DNA of 64,000 bases, taken from contig JBKBOI010000001.1 in NCBI GenBank assembly GCA_046294935.1, positions 4,633-68,632 of the forward strand, read 5' to 3'. The first letter of the stretch is position 1. Every line of letters starts with the position of its first letter. Under the pieces are notes generated by a model, which was not told where the DNA came from, searched no databases, and saw only the letters and a list, made by a program, of their open reading frames with translations. The position numbers were made by a program, and so were the translations under genes. Shown in pieces: positions 1 to 12,288 of the stretch. Source of the stretch: Rhodocyclaceae bacterium. GTDB taxonomy: Bacteria > Pseudomonadota > Gammaproteobacteria > Burkholderiales > Rhodocyclaceae.

Positions 1-159
1 CCCCACATCCTGACCATCGCCGCGGCCAGCTTCCTCTACATCGCGGTGGCCGACCTGATGCCGCGCCTCAAACGCGAGCAGTCGGCGATCGGCTGGCACG
101 CGCTGCTGCTCGCCGCCGGCATCCTCGTCGTCTTGTTTGGCAACGATCACGTGCATTGA
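1..159 (+). CDS. ZIP-family metal (zinc) transporter, C-terminal fragment (truncated by window start)
   Basis: Frame 1 reads PHILTIAAASFLYIAVADLMPRL...HVH*, matching the ZIP C-terminal FLYIAxxDLxP motif; lies next to zinc-related genes. Confidence 0.75.
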   Translation, partial: PHILTIAAASFLYIAVADLMPRLKREQSAIGWHALLLAAGILVVLFGNDHVH

Positions 160-173
160 CAGGAGGTTTCACG

Positions 174-695
174 ATGAAGCATCGTCTCTTGCCACTCGTT
201 TTGGCCTGCACCACGAGCCTTGCCTTGGCGCAGCACAAACACGTGCATGGCGAGGGCCAGCTCGATGTGGCGATCGACGCCGGCAGGATCGAGCTCATCC
301 TCGAACTGCCGCTCGACGCCGCCGTCGGTTTCGAGCGGCCACCGAGGAATGAGAAGGAAAAGACGGCGCTCGCAGCGGCGGCTGCCGCCCTCGACGCCGT
401 CCCCTTCCTGCCGGCGGCCGCCGCACGATGCGCGCTGGAAACCAAGCATGTGCATGTGCCCTTCCTGGGCGGCGACGATCGACGTGATCGGCATGCTCAC
501 GAAGGTGAAACCCATCATGCCGATATCGAAGCGCATTACGGTTTCCGCTGTGCCCAGCCGGCGGCGCTGAAATCGGTCGAGACGACCCTGTTCCAATCCT
601 TCAAGCGCCTCTATCGGCTCGAGGTGCAGCGCAACGGCCCGGCCGGCCAGGGCAAGCACCGGCTCACGCCGAAGGTGCCCGTGCTGAGCTGGTAA
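174..695 (+). CDS. DUF2796 / ZrgA-like periplasmic zinc-binding protein
   Basis: Signal peptide, HKHVHG motif, His-rich HAHEGETHHADI segment; AGGAGG RBS at 161. Confidence 0.8.
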   Translation: MKHRLLPLVLACTTSLALAQHKHVHGEGQLDVAIDAGRIELILELPLDAAVGFERPPRNEKEKTALAAAAAALDAVPFLPAAAARCALETKHVHVPFLGGDDRRDRHAHEGETHHADIEAHYGFRCAQPAALKSVETTLFQSFKRLYRLEVQRNGPAGQGKHRLTPKVPVLSW

Positions 696-706
696 GCTGT
701 GCGCAC

Positions 707-1399
707 ATGAGCGCACTCGTCCTGACCGATCTCACTCATCGCTGGCCGCGTCAGAGCACTCCCTGCCTCGACATTCCGCATTTCGAAGTCGCGGCCGGTG
801 AGCGCGTCTTCCTCTTCGGACCTTCCGGCAGCGGCAAGAGCACCTTGCTGGGCATACTCGGCGGTGTCGCGCTGCCGGCCACGGGCACGGTCGGCGTGCT
901 CGGCCAGCGACTGGAAACCCTCTCACGCCGGGCACGCGACCGTTTCCGCGCCGATCACATCGGTTTCATCTTCCAGCAGTTCAATCTGCTGCCCTGGCTT
1001 TCGGCGCTCGACAACGTGCTGCTGCCTTGCACTTTCTCTTCACGCCGCCGGCAACGCGCCGGCAACCCACGCCAGGCCGCCGAGCGTCTGCTCGATCATC
1101 TCGATCTGGCGCCCACGCTGTGGTCGAAACCCGCGGCGGAACTCTCGGTCGGCCAGCAGCAGCGCACGGCCTGTGCGCGCGCATTGATCGGCCGGCCGGA
1201 GCTCGTGCTCGCCGACGAACCGACTTCCGCGCTCGATGCGCCGCGCCAGCAGCGTTTCATCGATCTCTTGCTGGCCGAAACGCAGGCGGCAGGCGCAACA
1301 CTGCTCTTCGTCAGCCACGACGTGCGGCTCGCGGCGCATTTCGACCGACGGCTGTCGCTGGCCGAGATCAATCGCGCCGCAATGGAGAGCGACGCATGA
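707..1399 (+). CDS. ABC transporter ATP-binding protein
   Basis: Walker A GPSGSGKST, LSVGQQQR signature, LADEPT Walker B. Confidence 0.92.
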   Translation: MSALVLTDLTHRWPRQSTPCLDIPHFEVAAGERVFLFGPSGSGKSTLLGILGGVALPATGTVGVLGQRLETLSRRARDRFRADHIGFIFQQFNLLPWLSALDNVLLPCTFSSRRRQRAGNPRQAAERLLDHLDLAPTLWSKPAAELSVGQQQRTACARALIGRPELVLADEPTSALDAPRQQRFIDLLLAETQAAGATLLFVSHDVRLAAHFDRRLSLAEINRAAMESDA

Positions 1400-2667
1400 A
1401 AGCCATCCTGCTCCTCGCCCTGAAAAGCGCCTGGGCGCGGCGGCTTTCGCTCTCCATCCTGCTGGCCGCCATCGCGCTCTCCAGCGCCATGCTGCTCGCC
1501 GTCGAACGCGTGCGCCACGATGCGCGGCAGAGCTTTTCGCAAGCCATCTCCGGCGTCGATCTGGTCGTCGGCGCGCGCACCGGCGCCGTGCAACTGATGC
1601 TCTATGCCGTGTTCCATTCCGGCAGCGCGACGCAGAACATGCGCTGGGACAGCTTCAAGGCTTTCGCCAGCCATCCGGCAGTCGATTGGGCGGTACCATT
1701 GTCGCTGGGCGACGGCCATCGCGGCTTCCCGGTGCTGGGCACGACACCCGCCTATTTCGAGCATTTCCGCCATGCGCAGCAACGATCGCTCGTCTTCGGC
1801 GCCGGCCGCACGTTCGGCGGCACGCTGGACACGGTCTTCGAGGCCGTGATCGGCAGCGACGTGGCGCGCGAACTGGGCTACCGGCTGGGCGAGCGCATCA
1901 CGCTGACGCATGGCATGGAGACACTCGGGCCGGAACATGCCGACAAGCCCTTCACCATCGTCGGCATCCTCGCGCCGACCGGCACGCCAGTCGATCGCAC
2001 CGTCCATGTGAGCCTCGAAGCGATCTCCGCGATCCATCTCGACTGGGCGGGCGGCGCCCCCTTGCCCGGCTTGTCGATCCCCGCCGAAATGGTACGCAAG
2101 TTCGATCTGGCGCCGAAAGAGATCACCGCGATGCTGATCGGCCTCAAGAACCGCAGCGACGTCTTTCGCCTGCAACGCACGATCAACGGCTATCGCGGCG
2201 AGGCGCTGATGGCGGTGATGCCCGGCGTCGCGCTCGACGAGCTGTGGCAGACGATCGGCACGGTCGAGAAAATCCTATTGGCGGTCTCCAGCCTCGTCGT
2301 GCTCGTCGGTCTCTCTGGTCTCGTCACGACGATGCTTGCGAGCCTGAACGAGCGCCGCCGCGAACTGGCGATCTTGAGAAGCCTCGGCGCCGGACCGGGC
2401 GAGATCTTCCTGATGCTGGTCACCGAAGGTCTCGTCATCACCACGCTGGGCGTCGCGCTCGGCGTGCTCCTCGTGTCGGCCGGCATCGTTCTCTTCGCGC
2501 CATTCGCGCTGACGCACTTCAGTATCCATTTGCCATTGCGGCCGCCCACGGCGAACGAAATCGCGCTCATGCTCTCCATCATCGTCACCGGTCTCGCCGC
2601 CAGTCTGGTGCCGGGCTGGCGCGCCTTGCGCATGTCGCTCGCCGACGGCCTCACTCCGCGCATCTGA
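1396..2667 (+). CDS. ABC transporter permease (MacB/FtsX-like)
   Basis: Start MKAILL overlaps the ATPase stop (ATGA); ERRRELAILRSLGA motif; C-terminal TM helices. Confidence 0.88.
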   Translation: MKAILLLALKSAWARRLSLSILLAAIALSSAMLLAVERVRHDARQSFSQAISGVDLVVGARTGAVQLMLYAVFHSGSATQNMRWDSFKAFASHPAVDWAVPLSLGDGHRGFPVLGTTPAYFEHFRHAQQRSLVFGAGRTFGGTLDTVFEAVIGSDVARELGYRLGERITLTHGMETLGPEHADKPFTIVGILAPTGTPVDRTVHVSLEAISAIHLDWAGGAPLPGLSIPAEMVRKFDLAPKEITAMLIGLKNRSDVFRLQRTINGYRGEALMAVMPGVALDELWQTIGTVEKILLAVSSLVVLVGLSGLVTTMLASLNERRRELAILRSLGAGPGEIFLMLVTEGLVITTLGVALGVLLVSAGIVLFAPFALTHFSIHLPLRPPTANEIALMLSIIVTGLAASLVPGWRALRMSLADGLTPRI

Positions 2668-2669
2668 CC

Positions 2670-3191
2670 ATGAAAAGCCTACTGTTCGCTCTTGCCCTGC
2701 TGTTCGCCACCTCCATCTTCGCCGCCGAACCCTGGCCGGAACTGAAATGGGAAGCGCTGGTGCCCAAGGGCTGGGATCCCGCCGCCCAGTTCAAGGGGCT
2801 CGATTTCTCGAAATTGCAGGATTCCGATCCCCGCGCGATCGAGGCGCTCGACCGGCTGAAAAAGGAATGGGACGACGCGCCCGCCGAACCTGCGCTCGAT
2901 GGCAAGAAGATCCGCATCGCCGGCTTCGCGTTGCCGCTGGAGCGGACGGGCGACAAGGTCACTGAATTTCTCCTCGTCCCTTATTTCGGCGCCTGCATCC
3001 ACACGCCACCGCCGCCGGCGAACCAGATCATCCATGCCAAGTCGGCCAGGCCGCTTGCCGGGGTGAAGATGATGGCGCCGATCTGGGCCTACGGCACGCT
3101 CGCCGTGCAGCGGGGCGAGACGCAATGGGGCGTGGCCGGTTACCGGCTCTACGTCGACAAGATCGCGCCCTACGAGGAACCGAGGCGGTGA
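2670..3191 (+). CDS. DUF3299 domain periplasmic protein
   Basis: Signal peptide; EFLLVPYFGACIHTPPPPANQII motif. Confidence 0.85.
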   Translation: MKSLLFALALLFATSIFAAEPWPELKWEALVPKGWDPAAQFKGLDFSKLQDSDPRAIEALDRLKKEWDDAPAEPALDGKKIRIAGFALPLERTGDKVTEFLLVPYFGACIHTPPPPANQIIHAKSARPLAGVKMMAPIWAYGTLAVQRGETQWGVAGYRLYVDKIAPYEEPRR

Positions 3192-3193
3192 TC

Positions 3194-3274
3194 GTGCCGT
3201 CCTACCAGCGCCGACTTTCCGAAGCGGGTCGGCGCCCGGCGGGACGCGCCACATTTCCGCCAGCGCCGACTTTT
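3194..3274. repeat. Cluster of the 26-bp dispersed motif: full copy (+, 3194-3219), degenerate inverted copy (~3224-3250), partial copy (+, 3257-3274)
   Basis: GTGCCGTCCTACCAGCGCCGACTTTC ... GTCGGCGCCCGGCGGGACG ... CCGCCAGCGCCGACTTTT between convergent genes; can fold into a hairpin. Confidence 0.8.
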
Positions 3275-4467
3275 CAATCGACCTGGATGAGCAACCCCTT
3301 CAGATATTCGCCCTCGGGAAACGCGAGATCGACCGGGTGATCCGCCGCGCCTTGCAGCCGTTTGACGATGCGCGCGGTGCGCCCGCTGTCACTGGCCGCC
3401 CCGGCGACGATCTTCTGGAAGAGTTCGACGCCGATGCCGCCCGAACAGGAGTAGGTCATCATGAGGCCGCCCGGCGCCAGCAGCTTGAAGCCGAGCAGAT
3501 TGATGTCCTTGTAGGCGCGGGCTGCGCGCTCGGCGTGCGCCGCCGAGGGCGCGAATTTCGGCGGATCGAGTACGATCAGGTCGAAGGTTTCGCCTCCCCC
3601 CTTCAGCTTCCTCAACTCGTCGAAGACATTCGCGCAGCGCCATTCGGCGCGTGAAGCGTCCAGATGCGGGTTCAATGCGAGGTTCGCCGCAGCCTGGTCG
3701 AGCGCCGGCTGCGAGCTGTCGATCGACAGCACGGAAGTCGCGCCGCCGGCCAGCGCCTGCAGCGAGAAGCCGCCGGTGTAGCAGAAGCAGTTGAGCAGCC
3801 GCTTGTCCCTTGAGAGTTCGGCGAGCAGCCGGCGGTTGTCGCGCTGGTCGAGGTAGAAGCCAGTCTTGTGGCCGCTGACGATATCGACAGCCATCTTTAC
3901 GCCATGCTCCTCGATGACGATCTCGCCGGCGGGCGCCTCGCCATGAAGCCAACCCGTTTTCGGTTCCAGCCCTTCCAGACCGCGCACCTCGGAATCCGAG
4001 CGCTCGTAGATGCGGGCACAGCCCGTGGCCTTGACCAGTCCATCGACGATCGCCCCGCGCCACTTTTCCGCTCCGGCGCTGGTCAGTTGCACGACCACCG
4101 TGTCGCCATAGCGGTCGGCGATCACCCCTGGCAGGCCATCCGATTCGGCATGAATCAGCCGCAGGCCCTGCTGCCCGACGAGTTCAGGCAATGCCGCGCG
4201 ACGCGCGACCGCGGCCGCGATGCAGCGCTTGAAGAACGCGTGATCGATCGGCGCTTGCGGATCGAAGCTCCAGACCCGCGCGCGGATTTTCGAGCGCGGA
4301 CTGTAGGCAGCCCTCGCCCACGCCTTGCCATGGCTGTCGGCGACGAGGACGGTATCCCCGGCGCGCGCATGGCCATCGATCCGCGCCACCGAGGTATCGA
4401 AAATCCACGGGTGGCGGCGCAGCAAGGAACGTTCCTTGCCGGGATGAAGGATCAGCGTCGCGGTCAT
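3274..4467 (-). CDS. rlmI: 23S rRNA m5C1962 methyltransferase RlmI-like
   Basis: RRHPWIF PUA start, GHKTGFYLDQRDNR, DPPKF, FPEGEYLKGL motifs. Confidence 0.85.
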   Translation of the reverse strand: MTATLILHPGKERSLLRRHPWIFDTSVARIDGHARAGDTVLVADSHGKAWARAAYSPRSKIRARVWSFDPQAPIDHAFFKRCIAAAVARRAALPELVGQQGLRLIHAESDGLPGVIADRYGDTVVVQLTSAGAEKWRGAIVDGLVKATGCARIYERSDSEVRGLEGLEPKTGWLHGEAPAGEIVIEEHGVKMAVDIVSGHKTGFYLDQRDNRRLLAELSRDKRLLNCFCYTGGFSLQALAGGATSVLSIDSSQPALDQAAANLALNPHLDASRAEWRCANVFDELRKLKGGGETFDLIVLDPPKFAPSAAHAERAARAYKDINLLGFKLLAPGGLMMTYSCSGGIGVELFQKIVAGAASDSGRTARIVKRLQGAADHPVDLAFPEGEYLKGLLIQVD

Positions 4468-5351
4468 TTTTCGTGGGCGCGCGGATGCGCGGCGTCATAA
4501 ACCTTCGCGAGGTGCTGGAAATCCAGATGGGCGTAGATCTGCGTCGTGGCGATGCTTTTGTGGCCGAGCAGCTCCTGCACCGCGCGCAGGTCGCCGGAAG
4601 ATTGCAGCAGGTGGCTGGCGAACGAATGGCGCAGCATGTGCGGATGCACGTGCTGGCCCAAGCCGCTTTTCTTCGCCCAGAGCGCGAGGCGCTGCTCGAC
4701 GGCGCGAGGAGTGAGCCGGCTGCCGCGCCGGCTGACGAACAAGGCGGATTCGCCCTCCGCCGCGATGCGGCCACGCCATCTCAGCCAGGCAGAGAGCGCC
4801 TCGCGGGCCTTGCGGCCCACCGGCACGGTGCGCGTCTTGCCGCGCTTGCCGGTCACCGTCACCGTGCCGTCCGCCAGATCGAGCCCGCCGGCGACGTCGA
4901 GCGAGACGAGTTCGGAAAGCCGCAGCCCCGACGAGTAGAACAGCTCGAACATCGCGCGGTCGCGGCATGTGAGCGCATCGTCATCGACGGCGGCATCGAG
5001 CAGTGCGGCCGCCTGCTCCGGCCGCAAGGCTTTCGGCAGCGCGCGCGGCCGCTTGGGCGCTTTGAGGCCCAGACAAGGGTCGAGGGCGAGCGCCCCGTGC
5101 CGCGCCAGCCAGCGGTAGAACGCGCGCCAAGCCGACAGCGTGCGCGCCACGGAACGCGGCGATAGGCCCCGGCCATGCAAACGCATCGCCAGGCGCCTCA
5201 AATCGTGAGCCTGCAGGGTTTCGAGGGCTCTTCCCTCGCTGCCTGCGGCGAGCATGGCGAGATCGCGCCGATAAGCAGCCAGCGTGTGTGGACTCAAGCC
5301 GCGCTGGTGGGCGAGCTCGGCGAGGAAGCGTTCGGCCGTCGTCTGGCTCAT
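4464..5351 (-). CDS. xerC: Tyrosine recombinase XerC
   Basis: HPHMLRHSFASHLLQSSGDLRAVQELLGH, catalytic Tyr in TTQIY; conserved dapF-DUF484-xerC order. Confidence 0.92.
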   Translation of the reverse strand: MSQTTAERFLAELAHQRGLSPHTLAAYRRDLAMLAAGSEGRALETLQAHDLRRLAMRLHGRGLSPRSVARTLSAWRAFYRWLARHGALALDPCLGLKAPKRPRALPKALRPEQAAALLDAAVDDDALTCRDRAMFELFYSSGLRLSELVSLDVAGGLDLADGTVTVTGKRGKTRTVPVGRKAREALSAWLRWRGRIAAEGESALFVSRRGSRLTPRAVEQRLALWAKKSGLGQHVHPHMLRHSFASHLLQSSGDLRAVQELLGHKSIATTQIYAHLDFQHLAKVYDAAHPRAHEK

Positions 5352-6007
5352 CCCGCCAGCGTGCGCATCAGCGCGGCGGCAGCCATCTCGCCGATGCGTT
5401 CGAGATAGAGCGTGCCCATCTCGGCATAGAAGCGCTCAGCCTCCTCGCTGCCGAGCGCGATCAGGCCGAAGGTATTTTCCTCGTCGCGCAAGGGGACGAT
5501 GGCGATGGAGCGGATCTCACTACCTTCGTCGCCGAACCAGTCGAGGATCTCACCGCCGTTGCTGGCACCACAGTAGGGACGCTTCAGATTCCGCACATAG
5601 TCTTTCACCTCCGCACTGACCGGTTGGAATTCAAGCGATTGCGGATCTCCGGGCACGTCCCACAGGCGCACCGCGACATGGGGGATCGCGAAGGTTCCAC
5701 CCAGATGGGCATAGAGCACCAGAAAGACACTCGCACCATCCTCGGCGCGGGCCAGCGCGACCGCCAGACGATGCGTCTTCGCCGACAGGACGTCGTTCTC
5801 CTCGCCGAAGCGCAGCAGTTCGGCCAGCTTGCTTTCGAGCCTTTTCACCTGGTCGCGCAAGGCGCCGATCTGCCGTTCGGTGATCGACACCGCGCGTCCG
5901 CCGTGCGGATCGGGAATGCGCATCTGCGCGAGCAGCTCGGCGTACTGGTTGAAAAAGTCCGGATGGTCTTTCAGGTACTGGGCGACATCCCTGGCAACGA
6001 GGCTCAT
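5348..6007 (-). CDS. DUF484 (YigA-like) protein
   Basis: [12 protein letters not shown] start, [11 protein letters not shown] end; sits between dapF and xerC; start placed at ATG 6007. Confidence 0.85.
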   Translation of the reverse strand: MSLVARDVAQYLKDHPDFFNQYAELLAQMRIPDPHGGRAVSITERQIGALRDQVKRLESKLAELLRFGEENDVLSAKTHRLAVALARAEDGASVFLVLYAHLGGTFAIPHVAVRLWDVPGDPQSLEFQPVSAEVKDYVRNLKRPYCGASNGGEILDWFGDEGSEIRSIAIVPLRDEENTFGLIALGSEEAERFYAEMGTLYLERIGEMAAAALMRTLAG

Positions 6008-6849
6008 GCAAGCTCCTTTGGTATTTCGAGTTCGCCGGTGAATACCGTGACGGCGGGGCCGGTCATCCACACCGGCTCTCCCATGCCGCCCCAGGCGATG
6101 GTCAGTTCGCCGCCGCGCGTCGACACGCGCACCGGCGAATCGAGAAGATTGCGCCGGATGCCGACCACCACGGCGGCGCAGGCGCCAGTGCCACAGGCGA
6201 GCGTCTCGCCGGCGCCGCGCTCGAACACGCGCAGACGGATGTGGTGACGGTCGACGACTTCCATGAAGCCGACATTGACGCGCTTGGGAAAGCGCGGATG
6301 CGCCTCGATCAGCGGGCCATCGCGCGCCACCGGGGCGGAATCGACGTCGTCGACGACCTGCACGGCATGTGGATTGCCCATCGAGACGGCGGTGATTTGC
6401 ACGCTGCGGCCAGCGAATTCGAGGGTCTGCACCAGATCGTCGCTGTCGGTGAGAAAAGGGATTTCGGCCGGCTGCCAGCGCGGCACGCCCATCTCCACCG
6501 TCACTTCGCCATCGTCCTCCAGTCGTGGCGTGATGATGCCGGCCAGAGTTTCGACACGGATTTCACGCTTGTCGGTAAGCCCTTGCTCATGGACGAAGCG
6601 CACGAAGCAGCGCGCGCCATTGCCGCATTGTTCGACTTCGTTGCCGTCGGCGTTGAAGATGCGGTAGCGGAAGTCGGCATTCTCCGTCTGCGGCGGCTCG
6701 ACGACGAGGATCTGGTCGCAGCCGACGCCGAAGTGACGATCGGCGAGCCAGCGGGCCTGTTCGGGCGTCGGCACGAAGTTCTGGCGCACGGCATCGAGCA
6801 CGACGAAGTCGTTGCCCAGCCCATGCATCTTGGTGAAACGGATCTTCAT
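6004..6849 (-). CDS. dapF: Diaminopimelate epimerase
   Basis: [20 protein letters not shown] and [11 protein letters not shown] motifs. Confidence 0.96.
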   Translation of the reverse strand: MKIRFTKMHGLGNDFVVLDAVRQNFVPTPEQARWLADRHFGVGCDQILVVEPPQTENADFRYRIFNADGNEVEQCGNGARCFVRFVHEQGLTDKREIRVETLAGIITPRLEDDGEVTVEMGVPRWQPAEIPFLTDSDDLVQTLEFAGRSVQITAVSMGNPHAVQVVDDVDSAPVARDGPLIEAHPRFPKRVNVGFMEVVDRHHIRLRVFERGAGETLACGTGACAAVVVGIRRNLLDSPVRVSTRGGELTIAWGGMGEPVWMTGPAVTVFTGELEIPKELA

Positions 6850-6898
6850 CGGGCAAGCATACGCCGTCCCGCCTTCGCCGGCAGCGGGCAATAGCGGC

Positions 6899-7759
6899 TC
6901 AATACGGCCGTTTTTCCCCGGGCGGGCGCGTCTTGAAGCGTTTGTGCAGCCAGTAATACTGCTCCGGCATCTCCAGCACGCAGGCTTCGATGAAGGCATT
7001 CATGCGCCGCGTATCTTCCTCGATGCTCGCGCCGGGGAAATCCCGCCACGGCGCGCCGATTTCGATCCGATAGCCGTCTTCGGTCATGCGGGCGATGACG
7101 GGCACGACCGTCGCGCCCGTCAGCCGCGCCAGCCGCGACAAGCCGGTGATGGTCGCCGCCGGCACGCCGAAGAAGGGCACGAAGATCGCATCGCGCGGGC
7201 CATAGTCGAGATCGGGCAGGTAGAAGAATGGATAGCCGGACTCGATCGCCTTGACGCCGCGGCGCACCCCGTCCTGACGCGAGAGCATCAGCGACTTGCC
7301 GAAACGCGCCCGCCCCTTGTAGAGCAGTTCGTTGAACACCGGATTTTTCTGGTTGGCGTAGATGCCGGACATGTCGTATTCCATCGACAGGCGCGTCCAG
7401 GCGGCGTCGAGGCCGAGAAAGTGGGGCACCAAGAGGATCACCGGCTTGCCCTTCAACGCATCGAGACGTTCCCGCCCTTCGAGTTCCACCCGGCGGCGGA
7501 TGCGCTCGGGATGAGCCCACCACAACAGCCCGCGCTCGAGGAAACTGCGGCCGAACAGCGCGAAGTGCCGTCTCGCCAGCGCCGATTTTTCGCGCTCGGA
7601 CAGCGTCGGAAAGCACAGGCCGAGATTGGTCAGCGCAACTCGCCGCCGCTCGCGTCCCAGGACGTAGAGCAGCCGTCCGAGACCGCGCCCGCACGCCGCC
7701 AACAGCGGAAATGGCAGCCAGGCGAGAAGCCGCATCAGGAGCGCGAGCAGCCGGGTCAT
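6899..7759 (-). CDS. Lipid A biosynthesis acyltransferase (LpxL/HtrB family)
   Basis: PHFLGLD (HxxxxD), [21 protein letters not shown] motifs. Confidence 0.88.
   Translation of the reverse strand: MTRLLALLMRLLAWLPFPLLAACGRGLGRLLYVLGRERRRVALTNLGLCFPTLSEREKSALARRHFALFGRSFLERGLLWWAHPERIRRRVELEGRERLDALKGKPVILLVPHFLGLDAAWTRLSMEYDMSGIYANQKNPVFNELLYKGRARFGKSLMLSRQDGVRRGVKAIESGYPFFYLPDLDYGPRDAIFVPFFGVPAATITGLSRLARLTGATVVPVIARMTEDGYRIEIGAPWRDFPGASIEEDTRRMNAFIEACVLEMPEQYYWLHKRFKTRPPGEKRPY
7565..7590 (+). repeat. 26-bp dispersed motif copy, intragenic (encodes KSALARRH on the - strand)
   Basis: GTGCCGTCTCGCCAGCGCCGATTTTT. Confidence 0.85.
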
Positions 7760-8568
7760 GGCTTCGGCACCCCGCGCGGTGTCTTGTAACGGTTGTAGCC
7801 CCACAGATATTGGGCAGGGCATTGCCTGACGAGACGCTCGATCTCGCGATTGACGGCGGCCGGCGTGGCGATGTCACCTTCCGGCAATGACAGATGCAAG
7901 TGATAGCCTGCGCCCCGCGGCAAGCGTTCGGCCCAGGCGAGGATCACCGTGACGCCGCGGCGGGCCAGCCGCGCCGCCAGCGTCATCGTCCACGCCGGCC
8001 GGCCGAAGAAGGGCGCCCACTCGCCTTCGCCCACACCCGGCACCTGGTCGGGCAGCATGCCGACGGCCTCGCCGGCCTTGAGCGCCTCGATCAGCTTGCG
8101 TACCCCTGAAAGATCGGCCGGCGCCAGCTTCAGATGGGCGCCGCGTCCACGCTCGATCAGCGGCGCCAGCCAATCCTGCTTCGGCCGCCGATAGAGCACC
8201 GTGATCGGCCGGAAGCTCGCGTAATACTGCGCGGTGATCTCGAAGCAGCCCAGGTGGGGCGTGAGAAACAGGATGCCGCGTCCTGCAGCCCACGCCTGTT
8301 CGACCAGTTCCCAGCCCATGACGCGGACGACGCGGGCGACCACCTCGGCCTGCGGACGCAACCAAATTTTCGGCAACTCGAGCAGCGTCTTGCCGGCTTC
8401 GGCCACCGCCGTGCCCAGCGCATCGGTGCAACCGGCTTGACCGATGTTCTCGCGCAGATGGCGTCGATAGGTCGGCGAAAGCCGATAGACCAGCCAGCCC
8501 AGTCCGGCACCGAGCAGATGCAGCAGCGGCAGGGGCAGGTGGGCGAGCAGACGGAAGAGGAGACCCAT
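7756..8568 (-). CDS. Lysophospholipid / lipid A acyltransferase family protein
   Basis: [24 protein letters not shown] motifs; start placed at MGLLFR. Confidence 0.85.
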   Translation of the reverse strand: MGLLFRLLAHLPLPLLHLLGAGLGWLVYRLSPTYRRHLRENIGQAGCTDALGTAVAEAGKTLLELPKIWLRPQAEVVARVVRVMGWELVEQAWAAGRGILFLTPHLGCFEITAQYYASFRPITVLYRRPKQDWLAPLIERGRGAHLKLAPADLSGVRKLIEALKAGEAVGMLPDQVPGVGEGEWAPFFGRPAWTMTLAARLARRGVTVILAWAERLPRGAGYHLHLSLPEGDIATPAAVNREIERLVRQCPAQYLWGYNRYKTPRGVPKP

Positions 8569-8758
8569 GTCGGGCGTCGGTGTGCGCAAAACCAAAAGTG
8601 CGCTATTATCGCGCCCCATCGCCGAGTTAAGTGCCGTGTTTCGCGGCCGTGACAACTTGCAGGGCGATTCAAAAATTCTGCTAAAGCGTCGCCAGCTCCG
8701 CTTCCCCCCGGGCCGGTCCGACGGACCATCGAGCGGGGAGATGACAACAGGAGCCTTC

Positions 8759-9925
8759 ATGAGCAAGTCTTATCTATTCACCTCGGAATCCGTTTCCGAA
8801 GGGCACCCGGACAAGGTCGCCGACCAGATTTCCGACGCCATCCTCGACGCGATCATCGCCCAGGATGCGCATTCCCGCGTCGCCGCCGAGACGCTATGCA
8901 CCACTGGCCTGGTGCTGCTGGCCGGCGAGATCACGACCAGCGCGAACGTGGACTATCAGAAGGTGGCGCGCGACACCCTCAAGCGCATCGGCTACGACGA
9001 TTCCGAATACGGCATCGACTACAAGGGCTGCGCGGTGCTGGTCTCCTACGACAAGCAATCGCCCGACATCGCCCGCGGCGTGAATGCCGCCTATGACGAC
9101 AACCTCGACCAGGGCGCCGGCGACCAGGGCTTGATGTTCGGCTACGCCTGCGACGAGACCCCGACCCTGATGCCCTTGCCGATCTACCTATCGCACCGCC
9201 TCGTCGAGCGCCAGGCGATGTTGAGAAAGGACGGCCGCCTGCCCTGGCTGCGGCCCGACGCGAAGAGCCAGGTCACCGTGCGCTATGTCGATGGCCGGCC
9301 CGATGCGATCGACACCGTCGTGCTCTCCACCCAGCATGCGCCCGAGATGCCGCTGGAAGCGATCCGCGAGGCAGTGATCGAGGAAATCATCAAGCCGGTA
9401 CTGCCGAAGGAACTGGTCAAGGGGGAGATCAAATATCTCGTCAATCCGACCGGCCGCTTCGTCATCGGCGGCCCGCAAGGCGATACCGGGCTCACCGGCC
9501 GCAAGATCATCGTCGACACCTACGGCGGTGCATGCCCGCATGGCGGCGGCGCGTTTTCCGGCAAGGACCCGTCGAAGGTGGACCGCTCGGCCGCCTATGC
9601 CGGCCGTTATGTAGCGAAGAACATCGTCGCCGCGGGACTCGCTACGCGCTGTATGGTGCAGGTCTCTTACGCGATCGGCGTCGCGCATCCGACCTCGGTC
9701 TGGGTCACCACTTTCGGCACCGGAAAGGTGGCCGACGAGACCATTGCCGAACTGGTGAAAAAGCACTTCGATCTGCGGCCGAAGGCCATCGTCAACATGC
9801 TGAACCTGTTGCGGCCGATTTACGAAAAGACTGCCGCCTATGGCCACTTCGGCCGTGAAGAACCGGAATTCACCTGGGAGGCCACGGACAAGGCCCTGGC
9901 ACTGAAGTCCGACGCCGGGCTGTAA
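8759..9925 (+). CDS. metK: S-adenosylmethionine synthetase
   Basis: [35 protein letters not shown] motifs. Confidence 0.98.
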   Translation: MSKSYLFTSESVSEGHPDKVADQISDAILDAIIAQDAHSRVAAETLCTTGLVLLAGEITTSANVDYQKVARDTLKRIGYDDSEYGIDYKGCAVLVSYDKQSPDIARGVNAAYDDNLDQGAGDQGLMFGYACDETPTLMPLPIYLSHRLVERQAMLRKDGRLPWLRPDAKSQVTVRYVDGRPDAIDTVVLSTQHAPEMPLEAIREAVIEEIIKPVLPKELVKGEIKYLVNPTGRFVIGGPQGDTGLTGRKIIVDTYGGACPHGGGAFSGKDPSKVDRSAAYAGRYVAKNIVAAGLATRCMVQVSYAIGVAHPTSVWVTTFGTGKVADETIAELVKKHFDLRPKAIVNMLNLLRPIYEKTAAYGHFGREEPEFTWEATDKALALKSDAGL

Positions 9926-9937
9926 AATGTCACGACC

Positions 9938-10018
9938 TCGCGGCGAGGGGCGCTGCAGCGATCGATCCAGGTCGTCAGGCTCGCCGCGGAAAACCCGTCC
10001 ATGGTAACGGCGCCCCTT
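9938..10018 (+). ncRNA. SAH riboswitch
   Basis: GAGGGGCGCTGCAG...CAGGCTC...AACGGCGCCCCT pattern with CGCGGCGAG/CTCGCCGCG stem and GGGGCGC/GCGCCCC pseudoknot pairing, directly upstream of ahcY. Confidence 0.85.
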
Positions 10019-10041
10019 CATCTCGACGAATGGAGAACGCC

Positions 10042-11433
<1,392 letters not shown>

Positions 11434-11442
11434 GCCGCTCAG

Positions 11443-12288
11443 ATGAGCATGAACTCGTTTCATGCCCGCGCGGCGCGGCCGAAGAAGACCGTCGCGCGCA
11501 AGCCGCGCGTCGATACGGAAGGCGTGCGCGTCGATCAACTGCTCGTCGAACGGGGCCTAGCGCCCTCGCGAACGGCCGCGCGACGGCTGATCGACACCGA
11601 TCGCGTCCGTTTCGAACTGTGGGGAACGCAGGAACTCGTGCCGGTGCATAAAGCCTCCGACCGCTTCGCCCCCACCGCCAGACTCCACGTCTTGCCTGGA
11701 GAAGGTCCGGAATACGTCTCGCGCGGCGGCTTCAAGCTCGCCGGCGCCTTGCGGCATACCGGCATCCCCGTCGCCGGCAAGACCTGCCTCGACATCGGCC
11801 AATCGACTGGCGGCTTCACCGACTGTCTGCTCCAGCATGGCGCAGCGAAGGTGGTCGGCGTCGACGTCGGCCACCGGCAGTTGCATCCGCGGCTTGCCGC
11901 CGATGGGCGCGTCGAAGCCTTCGAGGGCGTCAATGCGCGTGAATTGCAAAATTCGGCGCTGGCGAGGCGGCACGGTGAGCGATGCTTCGAGCTGATCGTC
12001 GCCGACGTCTCCTTCATCTCGCTCACCCTGATCATTCCGCAACTTCCTCGCTTCCTCGCCAGCCACGGCGATCTGCTGCTGCTTATCAAGCCGCAGTTCG
12101 AGGTTGGCCCGGAACACATCGGCAAGGGTGGCATCGTCACGGACGAAACGCTCTATCCGGCCGTGCGCGACAAACTCGCCGCCTGCTGCGCCACGAATCA
12201 CCTCACCACGCTCGACTGGTTCGAAAGCCCGATCAGTGGCGGCGACGGCAACCGCGAATTCTTTCTCCATGCCCGCCATGAAACCTGA
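11443..12288 (+). CDS. tlyA: TlyA-family RNA methyltransferase
   Basis: S4-like N-terminus, YVSRGGFKL, LDIGQSTGGFTDCLLQ, DVSFISL, KPQFE, GGDGNREF motifs. Confidence 0.88.
   Translation: MSMNSFHARAARPKKTVARKPRVDTEGVRVDQLLVERGLAPSRTAARRLIDTDRVRFELWGTQELVPVHKASDRFAPTARLHVLPGEGPEYVSRGGFKLAGALRHTGIPVAGKTCLDIGQSTGGFTDCLLQHGAAKVVGVDVGHRQLHPRLAADGRVEAFEGVNARELQNSALARRHGERCFELIVADVSFISLTLIIPQLPRFLASHGDLLLLIKPQFEVGPEHIGKGGIVTDETLYPAVRDKLAACCATNHLTTLDWFESPISGGDGNREFFLHARHET
11948..11973 (-). repeat. 26-bp dispersed motif copy, intragenic in tlyA (NSALARRH)
   Basis: Reverse complement reads GTGCCGCCTCGCCAGCGCCGAATTTT. Confidence 0.85.

Noticed and set aside
4464-5351. Tyrosine recombinase as a prophage or island integrase
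   Set aside because: Sequence and dapF-DUF484 context identify housekeeping XerC; no phage or att features nearby
6861-6886. ACGCCGTCCCGCCTTCGCCGG (and GTGCCGTCCGCCAG at 4864) as further copies of the 26-bp motif
   Set aside because: Too degenerate or wrongly spaced to distinguish from chance in GC-rich DNA; not counted
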